This document shows positions 58,375 through 64,000 of a DNA stretch of 64,000 bases, piece after piece. The stretch lies in IMG/VR virus record IMGVR_UViG_3300017824_001452; one strand, 5' to 3'. The notes under the pieces are model-generated. The model saw only the letters and a list, made by a program, of their open reading frames with translations, made no database searches and had not been told where the DNA came from. The position numbers and the translations under genes are program-made. This stretch comes from a virus. Position 1 is the first letter of the stretch. Each line of letters opens with the position of its first letter.

Positions 58375-59517
58375 ATGGCTAGACGTAAGCAAAAAACAGT
58401 TTATCTGACCCCTGAGCCAGACTGGGAAAAACACAAAAACATCGAAGACCCCGAAGGCCAGGCAAAAGCATACCAAGACTGCCAGTACTTTATTCGTACA
58501 GAAATCAGTGATAAGAAAAGACTAACTGAATTTAAGACTTGGCTTAAAAAAGAATCTGGCTACACCGAAGAAGAAATCGAAATTATTCTTAGGAACCCAG
58601 ACTGGAACTTTAATTCTACAGGTACATCAGTCTATTTTTTAAATAGAGTTGGTTACATGCCAGAAGGGCATATAAATCATATTGCCAAACTCAAAGAAGA
58701 ATGGTTAGAGAAAGGTAAAAAGATTGCTCAAGTAAAAGAAGAAAAAGCAAAAGACAAACCCAATCGTCCTTCTATACAAGAAATCATGCTTGGCAAGTTA
58801 ATGGAAGCAGGTGGAGAGATCGATGGCATTATGGATCAACTGTTTGAAGATGAAATAAAAGTTGATGCTAAATTTAATACTGCTATTCTAAGAATATTAA
58901 ACACATACAATCCTTTACCAAATCATATCCCTCAACTAGTCGAAAGTTATACATTTGAACAAAAAGAATTTAAAGAAGTTATTGAAGGGAAAGATGAACA
59001 ATTAATTGAAGCATATAGTCATTTTAATAAAAGAAAAATTAAAAGTATTATCAGCGCCTATGATGCAATGATTGGAGTATTAAATTCATATCAAGCCCTT
59101 AAAATTAAAAATAGGGCTAAACGTAAAACTAAACCTATCACTCCTGAAAAAGCAACTAGAAGTTTAAAATATCAGAAAAGGTTTGAATGCGAAACAACTA
59201 ACTTAAAATTAGAAAGCATTAGACCCACAGAGTTGCATCTGTCTAAAGAAGCATGGTGCTATGATACTGCTAAAAGAAAACTTCATCACTATATCGCAGA
59301 CGATCTTGGTGGAGAAATGTTTGTTAAAGGAAACACTTTGTATGGATTTGACAAGTCTAAGAGTGCAATTAAGACATTACGTAAACCCAAAGAACAATTA
59401 AAAGAAATTATGGGCAGTAAGCCCGCGGCACGTAAATTCTTTGATGATATTAAAGCAGTCGGTGTTCAACCGAAGGGTCGTTTTAACGATTCAATGATTA
59501 TTTTAAAGGCGTTTTAA
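58375..59517 (+). CDS. Conserved hypothetical phage protein (basic)
   Basis: 380 aa; C-terminal 'KTLRKP.EQL...GRFN...IILK'. Confidence 0.75.
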   Translation: MARRKQKTVYLTPEPDWEKHKNIEDPEGQAKAYQDCQYFIRTEISDKKRLTEFKTWLKKESGYTEEEIEIILRNPDWNFNSTGTSVYFLNRVGYMPEGHINHIAKLKEEWLEKGKKIAQVKEEKAKDKPNRPSIQEIMLGKLMEAGGEIDGIMDQLFEDEIKVDAKFNTAILRILNTYNPLPNHIPQLVESYTFEQKEFKEVIEGKDEQLIEAYSHFNKRKIKSIISAYDAMIGVLNSYQALKIKNRAKRKTKPITPEKATRSLKYQKRFECETTNLKLESIRPTELHLSKEAWCYDTAKRKLHHYIADDLGGEMFVKGNTLYGFDKSKSAIKTLRKPKEQLKEIMGSKPAARKFFDDIKAVGVQPKGRFNDSMIILKAF

Positions 59518-59521
59518 TTAT

Positions 59522-60280
59522 ATGGCAAATTATATGTTGATTGCGGGGTGTAGTCATGCCGCTGGTTCGGAAATAGATGGGAACTTATCAAGCCCAGAAA
59601 ATCGTCAAGCAAGTTTTGGTAACCAATTAGCAAAAATGATGGATCATGTTCCCATCAATATTGCAAGGAACGGTTCTTCTAATGGTGCTATACATCGTAG
59701 TGTACTAAATTGGTTTACACTTAACCAAGATTTAGTGTCAAATAAAGCAAACAACCTTTTTGTTTTAGTCAATTGGGCAGAGAGTTGTAGAATAGAAGCA
59801 CCTGTTCCACACGATGTAGGTATTGACCAAGATACTTGTGCTGATTGGGCAGACCCATCATTTTTAAGTTCAGTTCAAGTAAATGCAATGACAGATCCAC
59901 ATCATGTTGCTCCGCAAGAAAAAGAACAGTTTTTAACAGCACAAAGATTTTTGGTATATTCAGAAATTTATACTGAATGTCTGACTGCCAAGGATGCTTT
60001 ATCATTGCAATATTTTTTCAAAGCAGAAAATATCAGATATCTAATGACAAATTCTGGTATTGCTTTTAACAATAGAAATATGAAATGGTTAAGACCTTAT
60101 TTGTCAAAAATTGATGCCAAACGTTATTACATGTATAGAGACAATAAGTATGGTTTCTATGAAAAATATAAAGAAGCAGGAATGATTAACCCAAATGCCA
60201 AATATGGCCATCATGGAGCAGACGCACATCTATCCAGAGCCACTGATTTGTTTAATTATATAAAACAGAAAAACATTTAG
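59522..60280 (+). CDS. SGNH hydrolase-like protein
   Basis: 'AGCSHAAG', 'NIARNGSSN', C-terminal 'GHHG..AH'. Confidence 0.65.
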   Translation: MANYMLIAGCSHAAGSEIDGNLSSPENRQASFGNQLAKMMDHVPINIARNGSSNGAIHRSVLNWFTLNQDLVSNKANNLFVLVNWAESCRIEAPVPHDVGIDQDTCADWADPSFLSSVQVNAMTDPHHVAPQEKEQFLTAQRFLVYSEIYTECLTAKDALSLQYFFKAENIRYLMTNSGIAFNNRNMKWLRPYLSKIDAKRYYMYRDNKYGFYEKYKEAGMINPNAKYGHHGADAHLSRATDLFNYIKQKNI

Positions 60281-60313
60281 ACTGATAAATACTAGAAATA
60301 GGAATTTATCAAT

Positions 60314-61099
60314 ATGTCATCAGAACAACTAGCAGTACCAAACGGAGAAAACCTCGAGCAGTTAAAAGAAAATATGTTCGACAACATCCGTTATAGGTTG
60401 GGCGACGGTATTGTAGACTTAGAATTAGATCCAGAACATTATGAAGCCGCATATAACTATTGCATTAAAACATATAGACAACGTGCAGAGAATTCAGTAC
60501 AAGAATCTTATACTTTATTGACAATAGAAAAAGATATTGATACATACACACTTCCTACTGAATTTATTAATGTAAGGCAATGTTTCAGACGTACAATCGG
60601 TCTTGAAACTGGTCCAGCCGCATCATCATTCGATCCATTCTCATCTGCTATTCTAAACACTTACTTGTTAAACTATAATTATGCAGGTGGATTAGCAACA
60701 TATGACTTCTATGCAGGGTATGTAGAACTTGCCGCTAGAATGTTTGGTGGATTTGTTATCTATACTTTTGATCCAGTAACTAAAACAATTAGATTTGTTA
60801 GAGACTTCAAAGGATCAGGTGAACAAGTTCTTATTTGGGCTGACATCCAACGCCCAGAAACATCTTTATTGCAAGATCCGGGCATTGCACCTTGGATTGA
60901 AGATTTTACATTAGCAACTGTAACTATTTCTATTGGCCAAGCACGTGAAAAATTCTCAACTATTGCAGGCCCTGCAGGTGGCACTGCTCTTAATGGAGCG
61001 GCAATGAAGGCTGAAGGATTAGCAGGGCAAGAAAAATGTCTTAAAGACTTGCGTGATTACGTAGATTACTCACAACCTCTTACTTGGATACAGGGCTAA
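60314..61099 (+). CDS. Neck protein (gp13-like)
   Basis: 'I..RLG...VDLELD','IGQAREKF..I.GP.GG..LNG'; late promoter at 60284-60291. Confidence 0.8.
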   Translation: MSSEQLAVPNGENLEQLKENMFDNIRYRLGDGIVDLELDPEHYEAAYNYCIKTYRQRAENSVQESYTLLTIEKDIDTYTLPTEFINVRQCFRRTIGLETGPAASSFDPFSSAILNTYLLNYNYAGGLATYDFYAGYVELAARMFGGFVIYTFDPVTKTIRFVRDFKGSGEQVLIWADIQRPETSLLQDPGIAPWIEDFTLATVTISIGQAREKFSTIAGPAGGTALNGAAMKAEGLAGQEKCLKDLRDYVDYSQPLTWIQG

Positions 61100-61108
61100 T
61101 CACATTGC

Positions 61109-62428
61109 ATGACGATTCATAGTTGTCAACTTACAGAATCAATTTGGTGTCTTAATGTAGAATGCGGACATGATCGCAATATACCATTCAATGGACACAT
61201 CGATTCTGCTGAACCATATGACACTCAACAAATCGAACATTTAATTATTGGTTTTATGTTGTATGAGCCACAATGTGGCTGGGATTATACAAAATGGACA
61301 AAGCAGACTTTAGAATATTTACACACAAGTCAAATGTTCCCCAAGTTAACACATGTGTATTTACTACATGAAGGAACTAGAGTTAACATAAATGAATTGC
61401 CTGATCACTATATGGTCTTTGGACACAACACTCGATATTTTTTACTAAGGTCCGAAGGAACAGAAGAAAGAAGTTATGGATTAGATAATAACAATAGTTG
61501 GTTAGATACTTTTCAGAATAAAGATCGTAAAGCACTTTGGTTAATTGGAGACATTTCAGGTAGACCCCACAAACTACCTTTGTTGTATAAATTTTTAAAA
61601 GAAAATACACTTGAACATTTAGATTATTCTTTAACAAATACACTAAACAATTATGAAAACCCTTTTAAAGATTTCGATACACAAGATTATCAACCAATAT
61701 TAGATGCTATCGATGAAAATTTAACATTAGACGACTTAGTAAAAATTTATAATCAACTTAAAAAAACATTGCCCGGAGATAGATTCACTGAAGTGACAGA
61801 AAAAGGTTTAGTAAATAGTTTTGACCTTGCTAACTATCTTTTTCCCGATGAATGGAATGATGCATCATTAATTGTTATGCCTGAGACATGGTTTGATAAT
61901 CCTAATCCTCCTCACTGGCAATATTATACTGAAGAAGTAAATGAAGAAATGGAAGTTCGTCCTTTTTGGGAACATAACATTTATGCTACTACAGAAAAAA
62001 CTTGGAAACCTATTGTAACTAAGAAACCTTTTATAGGAATTAGTAAAAATGATTTACAAGAAAAAACATTAGAAGGGTTAGGGTTTAAAACATTTAGAAA
62101 ATATACATCTGAACCTGATCTAATAGTAGACCGTGGTTATGGAGAGCCTTCATTAGAAACAAAAACATATATTGACATTGCACATAAAAGAATAATTTCT
62201 TTTTTAGAATATATGGAAGGCTATAAGTACGGTATAATGGAAGATATCGAATATAATTACAAACATTGGAAATATGTGTTAGACCAAGAATGGCAATTAT
62301 TATACCGATTTTGTCCTCCATTAAAACATGTCCCCAAACAGAAAATCTTACGAATGTTTATAACACCCTATGACCACAACATATACACAAACACGATTGA
62401 CAAATATTCTGGGAAAATTGTTCAATAA
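61109..62428 (+). CDS. Putative glycosyltransferase-like protein (paralog of 8587..9963)
   Basis: 'IVMPET...TEKTWKPI..KKPFI...LGFKTF'. Confidence 0.55.
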   Translation: MTIHSCQLTESIWCLNVECGHDRNIPFNGHIDSAEPYDTQQIEHLIIGFMLYEPQCGWDYTKWTKQTLEYLHTSQMFPKLTHVYLLHEGTRVNINELPDHYMVFGHNTRYFLLRSEGTEERSYGLDNNNSWLDTFQNKDRKALWLIGDISGRPHKLPLLYKFLKENTLEHLDYSLTNTLNNYENPFKDFDTQDYQPILDAIDENLTLDDLVKIYNQLKKTLPGDRFTEVTEKGLVNSFDLANYLFPDEWNDASLIVMPETWFDNPNPPHWQYYTEEVNEEMEVRPFWEHNIYATTEKTWKPIVTKKPFIGISKNDLQEKTLEGLGFKTFRKYTSEPDLIVDRGYGEPSLETKTYIDIAHKRIISFLEYMEGYKYGIMEDIEYNYKHWKYVLDQEWQLLYRFCPPLKHVPKQKILRMFITPYDHNIYTNTIDKYSGKIVQ

Positions 62429-62433
62429 AATAC

Positions 62434-62462
62434 TTGACACTCTTTTATAAATCCTGTATAAT
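62434..62462 (+). promoter_or_regulatory. Consensus sigma70 promoter
   Basis: TTGACA-17-TATAAT. Confidence 0.8.
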
Positions 62463-62491
62463 ATTATTACTTTACTACAGGACTATCCAAT

Positions 62492-63112
62492 ATGATTATA
62501 GGTATTACAGGACTTATCGGCAGTGGCAAAGACACTGCGGCTGACTATCTTATCAGATTTCATGGTTTTAGAAAACTCAGTTATGCAGGTCCTCTAAAAG
62601 ATTGCGTATCTGCTATCTTTGGCTGGGACAGAGAAATGCTAGAAGGTACAACTCAATCTAGTAGAGAGTGGCGAGAAGAAGTTGACGAGTGGTGGGCAAA
62701 CCGATTAGACATGCCTCATTTAACTCCTCGTTGGGTATTACAGTATTGGGGAACTGAAGTAGGTAGACGATCATTTCATAATGATATTTGGGTATCGTCT
62801 ATCGAAAATCAATTACGTAAAATAGAAGATAACGTAGTTATTACTGATTGTAGATTTAAAAATGAGGTACAAGCAATTAAAAATGCAGGTGGAACTACAG
62901 TCAGAGTCAATCGAGGCGAACAACCTACATGGTTAAATGATGCAGTCGATTATAATTATTACGAAAACCCTCAAGCACTAGCAAGGTTAGTTGATTTAGG
63001 AGTTCATGCTAGTGAGTATAGTAGTGTCGGATTAGATTATGATTATCAAGTTGACAATAATGGTACAATCGATGAATTGCACAAACATATGGAGTTAATA
63101 GTCAACAGTTAA
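62492..63112 (+). CDS. Deoxynucleoside monophosphate kinase (T4 gp1-like)
   Basis: 'IIGITGLIGSGKDT', 'TPR..LQ.WGTE.GR', 'ITDCRF.NE', 'HASE'. Confidence 0.92.
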   Translation: MIIGITGLIGSGKDTAADYLIRFHGFRKLSYAGPLKDCVSAIFGWDREMLEGTTQSSREWREEVDEWWANRLDMPHLTPRWVLQYWGTEVGRRSFHNDIWVSSIENQLRKIEDNVVITDCRFKNEVQAIKNAGGTTVRVNRGEQPTWLNDAVDYNYYENPQALARLVDLGVHASEYSSVGLDYDYQVDNNGTIDELHKHMELIVNS

Positions 63113-63445
63113 ATCTCCCCTGTGCCACATTACATGTTTTCTTTTTACAACTTCAATACAATTTAAACATATCGTTCTTAAATTTGTAAAATCTGTATTT
63201 TGAGGTCTTCCGTCTATATGATACACTACCATTTGTGTAGAATATAAACTTTTAAATCCACATAAAAAACAATTATCTTGTTTTTCATATCCTGCTCTTT
63301 GCCAAAGATATATGGGCTTTCTTGTTTTGTTTACTTTACCGCATTGATTGCACATACTTCTATAATGTCGTTTGCCGTTCTTAATATAGTTTACGGCACA
63401 AACTTTTCTGTTGCAAATCTTACATATTGGTCTAGGTAAACTCAT
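63095..63445 (-). CDS. Zn-finger / HNH-like protein
   Basis: Four CxxC pairs; 'VYHIDG...N....NL.TIC.NC' (final His absent); TATAAATA-N5-ATG. Confidence 0.7.
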   Translation of the reverse strand: MSLPRPICKICNRKVCAVNYIKNGKRHYRSMCNQCGKVNKTRKPIYLWQRAGYEKQDNCFLCGFKSLYSTQMVVYHIDGRPQNTDFTNLRTICLNCIEVVKRKHVMWHRGDLTVDY

Positions 63446-63570
63446 AACTGTATTTATAAAAATGCCTTCGAAGGTATGTTAAACCATAAATTTTTGTGCA
63501 ACAAGATAAATAATAGTATGAAAAAACAATCAGGGTGTAACCCTCAAAATCATACAAAAGGAATATTATT

Positions 63571-64000
63571 ATGGCACTAACATCACCAGGCGTAGAAGTA
63601 AGCATCATTGATGAAAGTCAATACTTGCCAGGCGCAACAGCATCGATTCCCTTCTTCTTGTTAGCAACAGCACAAGATAAAGCGGATCCAACATCAACAG
63701 CAACTGCGGCAGCCACAACAGCCGCAAACGCAGGTAAATTATACAGAGTAACTTCTCAACGTGATCTAGTTACTTTATATGGTAACCCATTCTTTTACAC
63801 AGCATCAAACGGTACTCCGTTGCAAGGCTATGAGTTAAATGAATATGGACTATTAGCGGCTTACTCAGCACTTGGTATTTCAAATCAAGTATTTGTATTA
63901 AGAGCAGACGTTGATCTAGCAAGTTTAGTAGGATCAACAGGTCGTCCAACAGGGGCACCACAAAACGGTTCGTTTTGGTTAAACACAACTTCTTCTACAT
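63571..64000 (+). CDS. Tail sheath protein (gp18-like), 3'-truncated, not in ORF track
   Basis: MALTSPGVEVSIIDESQY..., 'TSQRDL...YG.P', 'NEYGLLAAYS.L'; RBS aagga; late promoter at 63505-63512. Confidence 0.9.
   Translation, partial: MALTSPGVEVSIIDESQYLPGATASIPFFLLATAQDKADPTSTATAAATTAANAGKLYRVTSQRDLVTLYGNPFFYTASNGTPLQGYELNEYGLLAAYSALGISNQVFVLRADVDLASLVGSTGRPTGAPQNGSFWLNTTSST

Noticed and set aside
63095-63445. Mobile homing endonuclease
   Set aside because: Final His of the HNH motif is missing, and the gene has its own late promoter, which fits a domesticated Zn-binding protein better
63770-63988. 72-aa minus-strand ORF and most other 60-160-aa ORFs nested in long genes
   Set aside because: Antisense or off-frame shadows of well-supported genes (here the tail sheath), without RBS or motifs
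1-64000. Stop-codon reassignment (alternative genetic code)
   Set aside because: Conserved genes are full length in code 11 and end with TAA, TAG or TGA; coding density is already very high
1-64000. tRNA, tmRNA or rRNA genes
   Set aside because: No cloverleaf or T-loop consensus seen in the few intergenic gaps by eye; tRNAscan-SE/ARAGORN would confirm

Overview
A 64-kb, AT-rich, gene-dense segment of a large lytic T4-like (myovirus) bacteriophage genome. The host is probably a marine or aquatic Gram-negative bacterium; Gammaproteobacteria-like IscA, bL33 and TonB-dependent receptor suggest this, but it is inference only. Recognisable replication/recombination genes are gp32 SSB, UvsX, UvsY, UvsW, primase, gp41 helicase, ThyX and dNMP kinase. 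Recognisable packaging and virion genes are large terminase, neck/tail-completion gp13/14/15-like genes, a gp9/10-like baseplate protein, a long tail fibre and the start of tail sheath gp18. Host-like auxiliary genes include ribosomal protein bL33, peptide deformylase, IscA, a Bfd-like micro-ferredoxin, a TonB-dependent receptor, a 2OG-Fe(II) oxygenase and a dispersed sugar-modification toolkit. Consensus sigma70 promoters and about 20 T4-late-like (x)TAAATA promoters are visible. I found no tRNA, rRNA, CRISPR array, integrase or intron by eye. Six observations stand out. (1) An inverted, late-promoter-driven four-gene envelope/secreted cassette at 19.2-24.1 kb containing a Thr-Asn beta-repeat protein and a NIDO-like acidic stalk protein. 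(2) A 193-aa minimal DnaE-like polymerase core beside a DEDDh exonuclease. (3) A ubiquitin-like domain fused to a probable virion motif. (4) A systematic TAAATA-N5-ATG architecture implying leaderless late mRNAs, in a phage that also carries bL33 and PDF. (5) A set of proteins with T4-internal-protein-like capsid-targeting signals and a putative protease-processed polyprotein. (6) Several structured non-coding RNA candidates. All calls come from motif recognition by eye; no searches were run.
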